This document shows, in pieces, positions 18,720 to 28,335 of a stretch of 64,000 nucleotides of DNA (position 1 is its first letter; every line of letters starts with the position of its first letter). Under the pieces are notes generated by a model. That model had not been told where the DNA came from. It searched no databases and saw nothing but the letters and a program-made list of their open reading frames with translations. Made by a program: the position numbers and the translations under genes. The stretch is taken from positions 107,442 to 171,441 of the forward strand of contig CAZLEV010000004.1 of NCBI GenBank assembly GCA_964558645.1. Direction: 5' to 3'. Source of the stretch: an uncultured archaeon (GTDB lineage Archaea; Asgardarchaeota; Thorarchaeia; Thorarchaeales; Thorarchaeaceae).

Positions 18720-19130
18720 CTCAGGAGGATGGAGATGACCAGTTGTGATGATACTTCTCCGGTAGTTTGTGCGGTCGGATTTACCTTCAGAGTATGGTAT
18801 CCCGAAACTGGCCAAGACCCTGAATCTATCTCAGTTCAATTTTCTGGTATTATGAAAGCACCGAGTCTGGCATCACTGAGAGTCCAGTTCAACCAGATAC
18901 TTCCCATGATGTTGGCAGTTGCGCCATCAGAAATCGAGCTGAGAATTGGCGAACTTGTATAAGCAAGTGCGAAGCAAGGCCTCTTGGTCGCCCCTAGTCG
19001 GGCATTGTCACAAACGGTGACTTCAGCGAAGTCTAGACCAAGAGATTCAACATCGAAGTTCCGGTTCTGTTGAAGAGCAGCAACATAGTCACTCGGTGGA
19101 CGTTGTGATCATAGACGTGAAACTCTACCA
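18720..19130 (-). pseudogene. Decayed copy of the Ig-like C-terminal part of the neighbouring surface protein
   Basis: Minus frame DYVAALQQNRNFDVESLG...VTVCDNA...NWTLSDARL...EN*TEIDSGSW aligns with DYTAPYSQNWNLDDESLG...VSVHDYA...NWSISDLRP...ENGAVKLSGDW; internal TGA at 18836-18838 and an upstream frameshift. Confidence 0.75.
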
Positions 19131-19802
19131 TTAATTCATTGCAGTAGTGTAAAGCTCAGAGCAGTAAGAATAATGAGGTGGCGCCCACGCGGGTAATCGT
19201 GGTAGGAGGGGGGAGTTTCGTAATTGAGGGCATGTAACGAAAACTAGCCCGCACGGGCGCCTTGTTGTCGACGTTTCATGCCGCTCAACTATAGTAATGA
19301 TGGGCTTCCTAATAAATCCCACTGGTGGGTGCAACCTCTTTTTCTGGCTCTCGCAGATGTAGTATGCAAATCCATAGAAACAGTAGTTAATAATTCATAT
19401 CGATACCAAGTCTGGGGCACTCGGCCGCATAGATCGTCACAGTGGTCGCGAATTCGGCCTCCATGGCACGTTTCGGAAGGGCCACCCTTCTATTATATAC
19501 CCGTTTCGAGTTCTGGGAGCATACATTCCGTGTGGATGAGGGTCAAGCGGACCCTGCGGGATGGCATTGGTAACCAGATGTATAGTCTGTTCGACGGATT
19601 CGGCAGCACGGGAAAGCCCCGTCTTGTTTCCTTACGGACGACGACCCCAAGGTATCAATGAGTTCACTGAGGAAGTGATATCCTTTGGTGAACGGCATCA
19701 TTGATGCTCACTGGCCCCGCGTTCTGGTCCAGTCCATCTGAACAAGGAGTCCGTGCAGGCCCCGCCCCTAGGGGTCTGCGGCATTGCATAGGGAACAAAA
19801 CA

Positions 19803-19843
19803 GTAGGAGAGGGGGGACTCCCCTCATCTCCTACAACTTTTTT
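19803..19843 (+). terminator. Hairpin plus T-tract
   Basis: GTAGGAGA...TCTCCTAC stem with inner GGGG/CCCC, followed by AACTTTTTT. Confidence 0.6.
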
Positions 19844-19915
19844 ATGGGGACGTCATACTCCTTATGAGACTCATGATTGGTCATGGCTCAGTAGGTGGGA
19901 ATCCGGTTGTTCGAG

Positions 19916-21532
19916 ATGACTGATGCAGAGAGGCTTACAAATGTCCGCAGGGTATGGGATCAAGCGCGGAGTGAGATTCAGGACCGTTTTGGGATCGATG
20001 CTCCGAACCTACAGATAGAAGAGGTGACAACGGATGGCACCCATCGATTCGGCGCCATCAAAGATAGGACCTTCTATGTCCCTGCGGATATTCCAGTGGA
20101 TGGGGTTGTGTCCAGCCTGTGTCTGCGCAAGGCGATGGACAGTGACAAGATCTGCAGAAACTGTATTGATGACCTTGCTATGGAGTTTGGCCGCCAGTTC
20201 TTGGAGGGAGATGAAAGAGAACGCTGGTTCAAGGCGTGGCTCGAACACACACAGATGCGTTATCCGGACAGCCCGCTCTCCTACCATCCGAGCTGGACAT
20301 TTCGCTTTCTCTACAGGATGGTTGGGGAGGAGGGGTTGAATGAGATTGTGCGCGAAGTCCGAGATCTGGATCGTTGTGAGATATTCATGGGTAAAGAAGA
20401 CTACGTCATCTTCCTGAAGACCCGCCTTCGACGATTCGTGGTTCCACTGAACTCGACCGAGCTGAAGCTCCTCGACCACCTGCTTCGAAACCCCAATAAT
20501 GCGTACAAGGACATCAGCGATGACCTGAAGATGAGCCCACAGTGGGTATCAAAGAAGATCAAGGACTTGAGACTCCGGAGGGTATTGCGCAAACATGACA
20601 GGGTCCCGTTCTCCAAGATCGGGATTCGGAGCTTTCACGTTCTCCTTGGCTGTGAAGACAAATCTTGTAATCTTGTGTCTTATCTGACCAGCAGCCCCTT
20701 TCTGTACAAATCTCATAGCATGATGAGCGGTATGTGGGATCTTGAGGCATCACTGTTTGTTCCCGATAACAGAATCAATCTACTTGCACTCGAGAAGTTC
20801 GTGACCGAGATGGAAGACCGCGGGATTCACGCAGAGGTCCTGGAGGTCGACTCTACAGGACTCTCGCACTGCTATGACCACTATGTGCCCTCTGAGGTGG
20901 GATGGCATGTTCCCTGGGAGGTCATGAGAGTACAACTGAGAAAGATCTACAATGATGAGCTCGCTGACGTGATTCCTAGGATAGACGAGCGGTCGAACAG
21001 AACGAATCTCTATCTTGACGAACTTGATATGAGGATATTCAATCTTGCACAGAAGGGCATCACCTCAATCTCCCGGGTCAGAGACAGGCTACGCATGGCA
21101 CAGGAAACAGTGGCACACAGACTGAAGCGGCTCAAAGACGACGGCCTCATCGATACCAGGTACTCAGCCCAGAACATCGGCCTGGTTGAGAAGGCCCTGA
21201 TAGTGACAGATGATAAGCGCACTGGAAAATCCATCGCTGCATGGGCCCAACGACTCCCTCAGGCAAGCATCTCTTTTACACGAGAGGAAACTCTCTACTG
21301 TCAGGTGTGGCTGCCTGTTGGCGGAGGATATGGAGCCATGTGGGCCCTCGATGTTCTACCGATCAGGGTAACAGCTGGCCTGCTATCCCTTCCAGCAGTG
21401 TTCAACTACTGGATACCTCACAGACTGTGGGATGCTGACAACCAGAGCTGGCGGCATTCATCAGAAGCACTAGAAAAGTGGTTCACATCCCTCGATGAGG
21501 TTGACCGCGAGATCAGATCCTCGGCCACTTAG
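19916..21532 (+). CDS. Large double-HTH (Lrp/AsnC-like) regulator, paralog of 13717-15291
   Basis: Shared blocks IQDRFGI/IENRFGL, DLAMEFGRQ/DLTMEYARQ, PFSKIGIR/RFSKVGIR, SPFLY/CPFLY, LPVGGGYGA/LPMGGGYGA. Confidence 0.78.
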   Translation: MTDAERLTNVRRVWDQARSEIQDRFGIDAPNLQIEEVTTDGTHRFGAIKDRTFYVPADIPVDGVVSSLCLRKAMDSDKICRNCIDDLAMEFGRQFLEGDERERWFKAWLEHTQMRYPDSPLSYHPSWTFRFLYRMVGEEGLNEIVREVRDLDRCEIFMGKEDYVIFLKTRLRRFVVPLNSTELKLLDHLLRNPNNAYKDISDDLKMSPQWVSKKIKDLRLRRVLRKHDRVPFSKIGIRSFHVLLGCEDKSCNLVSYLTSSPFLYKSHSMMSGMWDLEASLFVPDNRINLLALEKFVTEMEDRGIHAEVLEVDSTGLSHCYDHYVPSEVGWHVPWEVMRVQLRKIYNDELADVIPRIDERSNRTNLYLDELDMRIFNLAQKGITSISRVRDRLRMAQETVAHRLKRLKDDGLIDTRYSAQNIGLVEKALIVTDDKRTGKSIAAWAQRLPQASISFTREETLYCQVWLPVGGGYGAMWALDVLPIRVTAGLLSLPAVFNYWIPHRLWDADNQSWRHSSEALEKWFTSLDEVDREIRSSAT

Positions 21533-22958
21533 GACGGATCTCCACACCCGAGCGTTCAAGCAGATCAGGAATGCGTCGTCTCGACTTCTCGATGATGGCC
21601 TGCTCATCAATTGTGAGGAGTTCTCGGTTGCGCATGAGGACTCTACCGTCTACGATAACATCGGTGACATCCCTCCCAGAACCCGCATAGACCAGATTTG
21701 AAACGGGATTGGGCGAGGGATTCAGGCCCACATAGTCCAGTGACACCACAATCAAGTCTGCTCGCTTGCCAACTTCCAAGGAACCCACCAGATGCTCAAT
21801 GCCCATGGCCCGTGCTCCTGCCAGAGTAGCCATCTCGATGACATCCTCGGCACTCACCACCAGCGGGTCGTCTGCAATCGGTTTGTGAATCAGTGCTGCA
21901 AGCCGCATCTCACGGATCATATCGTATGTATTGTTGCTCGGTCCGCCGTCACAGCCAAGAGAAACGGCCACACCCCGGTCGAGCATGTCCGGGACCTTGG
22001 CGAATCCTGATGCTAGTTTGGTGTTGCTGGCGGGACAGTGGGAGATATGTGAGCCTGTCTCTGCGAGAACATTCAGTTCGTCATCCTCGAAGTGGATTCC
22101 GTGTGCGAATACCATGTCAGGACCCAGGAGATTCATGTCTCTCGCGAAGCTGGTGAGATTCGGATATCCCCGTGACTCGACATACCGCACGTCGTCAACG
22201 ACTTCTCCAAGATGCATAGTCATTCGGGTCTTCTTGGAACGTGCAGTCTCAGTGACTTCGCGGAAGAGCTCGTCAGTGACTGCTCCGAGGGAGCGGAGTC
22301 CATACCACACCTGTATCCTGTCATTCGCCTCACCGTGCCATTTCTCGTGCATATCCGCGGTCTCGCGCATGCAGTCCTCGGCGTCCTCCACCATACCGGG
22401 GTACATGATGTCATCACTATCTGCATAGCCGGTGGAGTCCATGATGATCTTGGAGAGTGCACCTCGCATACCCACCCGTTCCAGTGTCTCTGCGATACCG
22501 TCAAATCCGTAGCGGGTGTGAATCATGCACTCGATGAATGCGGTTGTTCCTGTCCGTATCATCTCTGCCATACACAGCTCTGCAGACAACTGGCCGTCAT
22601 CCGGGGTGTAGTTTCCCTGAAGAACCCAGACGTAGTTCTTCAACCAGTCCACCAGAGAGACATCATCGGCACAGCCCCGTATCAGGGCCTGAGCAAGGTG
22701 CATGTGCGTGTCAATCAGACCCGGCATCACGATTGAGCCACGAGCGTCGATCACAGTATCAGCGTCATGGTACTTGAGTGCCTGTGTCGGCCCGATGTCA
22801 CGGATTGTGTCCTCTTCGATGTATAGAGCGCCGTCCGGGATAATCTCGCGTTTCTCGTTTAGAGTCAGCACATAGCCGTTCTTCACAAGGATGGACTTTG
22901 ACAAGATAGCAACCTCTCTCTGTGATGTACTCGGTTCCAGTAAAAAGGGGTTCGCCAT
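21513..22958 (-). CDS. Metal-dependent amidohydrolase (MTA/SAH, guanine/cytosine deaminase family)
   Basis: PGLIDTHMH, MHLGE, HCPASN, LGCDG, GSLEVGKRADL. Confidence 0.9.
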   Translation of the reverse strand: MANPFLLEPSTSQREVAILSKSILVKNGYVLTLNEKREIIPDGALYIEEDTIRDIGPTQALKYHDADTVIDARGSIVMPGLIDTHMHLAQALIRGCADDVSLVDWLKNYVWVLQGNYTPDDGQLSAELCMAEMIRTGTTAFIECMIHTRYGFDGIAETLERVGMRGALSKIIMDSTGYADSDDIMYPGMVEDAEDCMRETADMHEKWHGEANDRIQVWYGLRSLGAVTDELFREVTETARSKKTRMTMHLGEVVDDVRYVESRGYPNLTSFARDMNLLGPDMVFAHGIHFEDDELNVLAETGSHISHCPASNTKLASGFAKVPDMLDRGVAVSLGCDGGPSNNTYDMIREMRLAALIHKPIADDPLVVSAEDVIEMATLAGARAMGIEHLVGSLEVGKRADLIVVSLDYVGLNPSPNPVSNLVYAGSGRDVTDVIVDGRVLMRNRELLTIDEQAIIEKSRRRIPDLLERSGVEIRPKWPRI

Positions 22959-23073
22959 GTCGGTTGATGCTTGTTATCATCATGCCAAAGAAGCCGCATA
23001 TTCGTAAGCAACAACTTAAAGGTGGATTCACGCAACAGCAGAAAGCCCAACATACCAAGAAAAGGAGCCAAAC

Positions 23074-23562
23074 ATGTTGAAGCGCTTCATCGCCATCGAC
23101 ACGGACCTTTGTACAGGCTGTCGGAACTGCGAGCTTGCATGCTCGATCAGAAACACTGGGACATTCAATCCACGCCAGTCCCGCATACAGGTTCTCAAGA
23201 GAGAGGCACAGAACCTCATTCTGCCGGTTGTATGCCTTCAGTGTGAAGAGCCTCTCTGTGAAGAGGCCTGCCCGTCAAATGCCATCAGGCTCAACGATGC
23301 GGGCGTGCTCACTGTCAAAGAGGATGTATGCATCGGATGCCAGAACTGCGTTACAGCCTGCATCTACGGAGGGGTTGAGATTGACCCTGTCACGAAAAAG
23401 GCAATCAAATGTGACCTCTGTGGAGGCGATCCGGCCTGTGTGGACGCTTGTGAATATGGAGCTATCAGTGTGGTCGAACGAACTAAAGAAGGGCTCCGCA
23501 CGCGACTGGTTGGGATGAAACGGGCTGCCCGGCAGATAGGCATAGAAATGGAGGAGGCGTGA
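23074..23562 (+). CDS. 4x[4Fe-4S] electron-transfer subunit (DmsB/HydN-like) of AOR
   Basis: CTGCRNCELAC, CLQCEEPLCEEACP, CIGCQNCVTAC, KCDLC. Confidence 0.92.
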   Translation: MLKRFIAIDTDLCTGCRNCELACSIRNTGTFNPRQSRIQVLKREAQNLILPVVCLQCEEPLCEEACPSNAIRLNDAGVLTVKEDVCIGCQNCVTACIYGGVEIDPVTKKAIKCDLCGGDPACVDACEYGAISVVERTKEGLRTRLVGMKRAARQIGIEMEEA

Positions 23563-25499
23563 GCATGACATTTCCATACAAGGGATATGCAGGGTACTAC
23601 TTGGATATCGACCTCGAGAAGGGTAAGGTCCACAAGAAAGAGATGGAAAAAGAGTGGGCCCGACTCTATATGGGAGGAACAGGAACTGCTGCAAGAATTC
23701 TCTGGGACAGAACAGGGCCCCAGACAGATCCTCTCTCTCCGGACAACGTAGTGGTGGTGGGGACCGGCCCGCTCACAGGCGTTATGTTCTCTCCGTCTGG
23801 AAGGATGATGTTTGCGAGCAAGAGCCCCCTCACCGGGATATGGGCAGAGAGTCATGCAGGTGGTTTCTTTGGGCCTGAGATCAAGTATGCCGGCTTCGAT
23901 ATGATTGTCTTCAACGGACGGTCACCAAAGCCAGTATATCTCATGCTGCAAGATGGGCGAGCAGAACTGAGGGATGCATCACATCTCTGGGGCAGAGAGA
24001 CCGATGTCACCACGGACATGATCCGCGAGGAAAATCGGGACCCCTCCATGGAGACCGCAGTCATCGGACCAGCGGGAGAGAATCAAGTCCTCTACTCCTG
24101 CGTCATAGTTGACTACTACAGGGCAGCAGGACGAACAGGCCTCGGGGCGGTCCTTGGTTCGAAGAATGTCAAGGGAATTGCGGCAGCGGGGGCGCTCCCA
24201 CTCGAGGCTCATGATATGGACAGATATCTTGCGGCCAACGAGGAAGAGATGGCGAAGATCCACGACCCGTTGTGGACCGAATCCATTGCATCGCTGAGAA
24301 AGTACGGTACCACCGACCTCGTGGCGATGATCAATGAGATAGGTCGTCTACCCACCAAGAATCACTGGACCGGTTTCTATGAGGACGCAGATGATATTGG
24401 GCCTGAGATTATTGCGAACAAGTACCGAGTCGGCCAGGAGGCCTGCCACGGCTGCGCGATAGGCTGCAAGTACATCTGCCGTGTCAAGGAGGGTGCCTTC
24501 CGAGGGGGACCGGCTGGAGGGCCCGAGTATGAAACCCTCATGGCCTTCGGGTCCAACTGTCTGAACAACGATGTCGAGTCGATCTTTCATCTGGGTCAGA
24601 GATGCGACCTTCTGGGAATGGACACCATCTCCTGCGGCAAGACCATCGGTTTCGCCATGGAGCTCTGGGAGAGGGGTATGATCGATAAGAGCGACACAGG
24701 CGGCATTGACCTCTCGTGGGGAAACGTCGAGAGCATGACCAAACTGGTTGAGCTCATTGCAAGACGCGAGGGTTTTGGAGCCCTCCTTGCAAAGGGCACA
24801 CGAAAGGCTGCTGAAGAAGTCGGCGAGGATGCATGGAAGTACGCAGTCCATGTCAAGGGCTTGGAGGCCAGTGGCCAGGATCCGCGAGCACACCAGTCGG
24901 TGGGATTGACCTACGCAACGAACGTCCGGGGTGCAGACCATCTCAGGAGCCTATCCTCCCTTGAGGAGCTGAACTACCCAGAGGTCATCATAAACAGATT
25001 CGGCAAGGAGAAGGCTGAGGCCATCAGCCAGATCATGTCTCCAAAGTATAAGGGCGAAGTGATCAAGGACATTGAAGACCTCTATGCTGTTGTCGACTCG
25101 GCAGTTATCTGCAAGTATGGCACTATGTGGCCACCCGTATTCTATTTCGATACCTTTGCGAATGTGATTCCACCCCTCACAGGAATGGAGGAGTGGTCGG
25201 ATGTGAAGTACGTCCGTGATGTCGGAGCTAGAGTGTCGCATCTCAGAAGGGCGTACAACCATCGCCTCGGAATCACAAGAGAACATGAAACCCTCCCCCG
25301 GAGGCTTCTCAAGGAACCCATGCCCACTGGGCCAGCCAAGGGCGGGCTACCCGACCTTGACTACATGCTCGATGAATACTACAAGCTGAGAGGTAGTGAC
25401 AGGGAGACTGGATATCCCAAGAGGGCAATGCTTGAAGAGCTGAATCTCGGTTTTGTCGCCGAAGACCTTGAGAAGCGGAAGATGCTGGCTAAGCAATAG
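23559..25499 (+). CDS. aor: Tungsten-dependent aldehyde:ferredoxin oxidoreductase family protein
   Basis: KSPLTG, ESHAGG, GPAGEN, AGRTGLGAVLGSKN, ACHGCAIGC, GPEYET, GMDTIS. Confidence 0.93.
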   Translation: MSMTFPYKGYAGYYLDIDLEKGKVHKKEMEKEWARLYMGGTGTAARILWDRTGPQTDPLSPDNVVVVGTGPLTGVMFSPSGRMMFASKSPLTGIWAESHAGGFFGPEIKYAGFDMIVFNGRSPKPVYLMLQDGRAELRDASHLWGRETDVTTDMIREENRDPSMETAVIGPAGENQVLYSCVIVDYYRAAGRTGLGAVLGSKNVKGIAAAGALPLEAHDMDRYLAANEEEMAKIHDPLWTESIASLRKYGTTDLVAMINEIGRLPTKNHWTGFYEDADDIGPEIIANKYRVGQEACHGCAIGCKYICRVKEGAFRGGPAGGPEYETLMAFGSNCLNNDVESIFHLGQRCDLLGMDTISCGKTIGFAMELWERGMIDKSDTGGIDLSWGNVESMTKLVELIARREGFGALLAKGTRKAAEEVGEDAWKYAVHVKGLEASGQDPRAHQSVGLTYATNVRGADHLRSLSSLEELNYPEVIINRFGKEKAEAISQIMSPKYKGEVIKDIEDLYAVVDSAVICKYGTMWPPVFYFDTFANVIPPLTGMEEWSDVKYVRDVGARVSHLRRAYNHRLGITREHETLPRRLLKEPMPTGPAKGGLPDLDYMLDEYYKLRGSDRETGYPKRAMLEELNLGFVAEDLEKRKMLAKQ

Positions 25500-25863
25500 C
25501 ATCATGAAGCTGAACGCCTCGAGTCAAAGATGCTCGCAATTCTCTCCTACCTGCGGAAATCAACTGATGACGGAGAGTTTCTTCAGAGAGGGTCTTCTGC
25601 ATGAACTGCTCCAGTTCTACAGCAGGCTCATCTGCAAGTCCAGCCTCAATTCGTGGGACAAGACGCTCCAGAAGAAAACCCCTGAGTTCGCGGAGCTCGT
25701 AGGTTATTCGGTCCGCGCCTCCGAATCGTTCCTCACAAATGAAACATTCGCGATCAATGAAACCTGAGAAGTAGTCAATGCTCTGTCTATCCGCACCAGA
25801 TTCCATCAGCCTATTCACGATATCCTCTACAGTGAAGTATCGATTCTTGCTCATTTGTATCAT
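25489..25863 (-). CDS. Hypothetical protein
   Basis: 124-aa ORF filling the gap between aor and the dehydrogenase; natural composition. Confidence 0.55.
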   Translation of the reverse strand: MIQMSKNRYFTVEDIVNRLMESGADRQSIDYFSGFIDRECFICEERFGGADRITYELRELRGFLLERLVPRIEAGLADEPAVELEQFMQKTLSEETLRHQLISAGRRELRASLTRGVQLHDAIA

Positions 25864-25985
25864 AACTCACCCATCCGGTAACACATGCTGCCAGCTTTGC
25901 TATTAATAGTTTTCTGGGTCGTGACCGCCTTCCAGAGGCCTCCGACAAACGTTATCCTTATGATTGCGATGCGCTAGTTACGGGT

Positions 25986-27083
25986 ATGGCAAATACGCGT
26001 GTAGAGGTTGCAGGACTGCGTTTCAAGAACCCGATTCTAACCGCCGCGGGACCCGGATCGAAAGATGGTATGACCCTGCTGTCTGCCGCCGCGGGAGGGG
26101 CAGGAGGACTCGTAGCCAAGACCGTCAGTGTCAAGCCAGCGAAAGTGCCGCGGCCAAACATGAGTGCTCTCGGAAGTGGCCGGGTTGCATCACGAAGGGG
26201 GCTTCTGAACGCGGAACTCTGGAGTGAACTCTCCGTCGAACGCTGGTTGGAGAAGGAGTACGCTATTGCCCTCAGTTCGGGATTACCTCTCATTGCAAGT
26301 GTGGGCTACACCCCCGACGAGGTCACAGAGATCGGACCCAAGGTCGTCGATGCAGGAGTTCATGCTATCGAGTTTAGTACCCATTATGTTGGAGGACATC
26401 GCGAGATAGCAGAGGCACTGAGAGAGGCCGTAGACGTGCCCATCTTTGCCAAACTGAGCCCGAGAGTGGATGTCTCAGCTGTGGCCACAGCGATTGAGCC
26501 CTTTGTTGATGGCTTCGTGGCGATCAATACCTACGGACCGTGTCTTCGGATAGATGTTGAAACGGGTCGCCCCACCCTGGGAAGTGAAAACGGGTACGGA
26601 TGGCTCAGCGGAGCGGCACTGAAGCCTATCGCCCTGAGATGTGTGGCAGATATTGCTAAATCAGTGGAGAAACCAGTCATCGGGGTTGGGGGCGTGAGTA
26701 GTGGTGAGGATGCTATCGAGTTCTTCATGGCGGGTGCACACTTGGTGCAGGTGTGTACTGCCGCAATCCTCAATGGAGATACGATATACGGGCAGATAGC
26801 CAGAGAAGTGAGTGAATGGCTTGACAAGCATGACTATGGCTCAGTTGAAGAGGTGCGGGCAATGGCACTCCCACACATCAGGGATAACGAGTCGCTGAGT
26901 CCCCCTGCTGAAGTTAACACGGAGATGTGCACTCTGTGTGGACTATGTCCCAAGTCCTGTGTCTATGACGCAATCACGTTGGACAGAGAGAATGAAGTCC
27001 TTACCATCGATCCTAAGAAATGCGCAGGCTGTGGACTCTGCGTCACTGTCTGCCCGGAGCATGCACTATCTCTCAGGTTCTGA
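25986..27083 (+). CDS. Dihydroorotate/dihydropyrimidine dehydrogenase-family FMN protein with C-terminal 2x[4Fe-4S] (PreA/PydA-like)
   Basis: KNPILTAAGP, AKLSP, AINT, GWLSG, IGVGGV, VQVCT; C-terminal CTLCGLC...C and CAGCGLCVTVCP. Confidence 0.88.
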   Translation: MANTRVEVAGLRFKNPILTAAGPGSKDGMTLLSAAAGGAGGLVAKTVSVKPAKVPRPNMSALGSGRVASRRGLLNAELWSELSVERWLEKEYAIALSSGLPLIASVGYTPDEVTEIGPKVVDAGVHAIEFSTHYVGGHREIAEALREAVDVPIFAKLSPRVDVSAVATAIEPFVDGFVAINTYGPCLRIDVETGRPTLGSENGYGWLSGAALKPIALRCVADIAKSVEKPVIGVGGVSSGEDAIEFFMAGAHLVQVCTAAILNGDTIYGQIAREVSEWLDKHDYGSVEEVRAMALPHIRDNESLSPPAEVNTEMCTLCGLCPKSCVYDAITLDRENEVLTIDPKKCAGCGLCVTVCPEHALSLRF

Positions 27084-27088
27084 CCATC

Positions 27089-28282
27089 TCAGAGAAACAC
27101 GAAGTCATCAAGTCCAGTAGTGAGACGCTTAGGCTTGCCCTTTGTGACAGCATAATCGTTCTCGATACGTACTCCTCCAATGGATTTCAGATAGACACCC
27201 GGTTCGATGGCCATGACATTGCCAGCCTCGAATCTGGCGGTCTTGTTGTACATACTGGGATTCTCGTGTACTTCGAGTCCGATGCCGTGTCCGAGTCCGT
27301 GGGTCATCCCCTCTTCTGTTTGGGGGTCCAGCCCCCGTGACTTGTAACCGTCCTTCTGGAGTGATTCAAAGCAAGCCATATTCACGCCATCGATGAGCAC
27401 GCCGTCACTCATCTCATCAACGCAGGCACCTGCAGATCTCTTCACAGCATCAAACATATGCTGGAGCTTCTTGTCCACGGCGCCCTTCACGATGGTCCGG
27501 GTCACATCAGCGACATATCGGTCCAGTTTCAGCCTCGGGAAGACATCCAATATGATTGGGACTCCAGCCTTGAGGACATCATCAGGCCTCCCTAGATAGT
27601 GCCAGTCAAATCCCTTCTTGCCCACGGCGGTAATAGCATCCTCAGCAGATTCTGCCCCATGATCGAGAAGCGCGTGCTCCAGTGTGAGCTTCACCTGTCG
27701 GACAGTCAACGGTCTCTTCTCATAGAGGAGCTTCTTGTTTGGACCGATCTCTGTATCGTTGATGAGCTCGATGACCTTCTTGATTGCATCCACGGTTGCA
27801 GCTCCCGCCTTTTTGATGGTCTTGATCTCCCTGTCAGACTTCGTTCCTCGAGCGTCTTTGATGAGGTCCGGAAGCATCTTGACGGTATATCCCAGAGCCT
27901 GGATGGCGAGCACCACACGGGCCGGTAGATGATCAGGGATTCCTATGACGTCCCCGTCGAATAGGTCGCCAAAGACCTTGCGGTATACAACCTCTGGGTG
28001 GTAGTACGGCCTCTTATCATCGCTAAAGAGATCCGTATAGAGTTCGGTCATATCCAGAGTCTGCTCAATATGACTCTCTCTCTTGATCCGCTCCAAGGTA
28101 TGGAAGTATGCAGCAACTACTCCCTTCTCTCCACGGTTCTTGAAATATATAACAGAGTCGGGAGAACGGAAGCCTGTCAACCAGAAGATGTCAGGAACCT
28201 CAAACGCGTTTCCTTCTGCTACAATGGCATCCACACCGGCCTGTTCCATCAGTGAGTCTAAATCCTCGAGCAACGATTGCAC
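27089..28282 (-). CDS. Xaa-Pro aminopeptidase (M24 family)
   Basis: ADVTRT, HGLGHGIGLEVHE, IEPGVY, GGVRIEND. Confidence 0.93.
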   Translation of the reverse strand: MQSLLEDLDSLMEQAGVDAIVAEGNAFEVPDIFWLTGFRSPDSVIYFKNRGEKGVVAAYFHTLERIKRESHIEQTLDMTELYTDLFSDDKRPYYHPEVVYRKVFGDLFDGDVIGIPDHLPARVVLAIQALGYTVKMLPDLIKDARGTKSDREIKTIKKAGAATVDAIKKVIELINDTEIGPNKKLLYEKRPLTVRQVKLTLEHALLDHGAESAEDAITAVGKKGFDWHYLGRPDDVLKAGVPIILDVFPRLKLDRYVADVTRTIVKGAVDKKLQHMFDAVKRSAGACVDEMSDGVLIDGVNMACFESLQKDGYKSRGLDPQTEEGMTHGLGHGIGLEVHENPSMYNKTARFEAGNVMAIEPGVYLKSIGGVRIENDYAVTKGKPKRLTTGLDDFVFL

Positions 28283-28335
28283 TCCCTAGTGAAGACTCAG
28301 AAGGCGTGGTGAGAGGATAAGTGTTCTCGTTTGAA

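Noticed and set aside
18836-18838. In-frame TGA as a possible Sec codon
   Set aside because: Aligns with Gly rather than Cys in the paralog, and the region carries other lesions.
18978-19046. Cloverleaf-like multi-stem (CTCTTGGTC...GACCAAGAG) suggesting a tRNA or riboswitch
   Set aside because: No T-loop, anticodon arm or known riboswitch motif; the stretch is explained as pseudogene sequence on the minus strand.
19179-19261. Long imperfect hairpin (GGCGCCC...GGGCGCC) as attC, SRP RNA or RNase P RNA
   Set aside because: Lacks RYYYAAC/GTTRRRY ends and SRP or RNase P consensus motifs; no integrase in the window.
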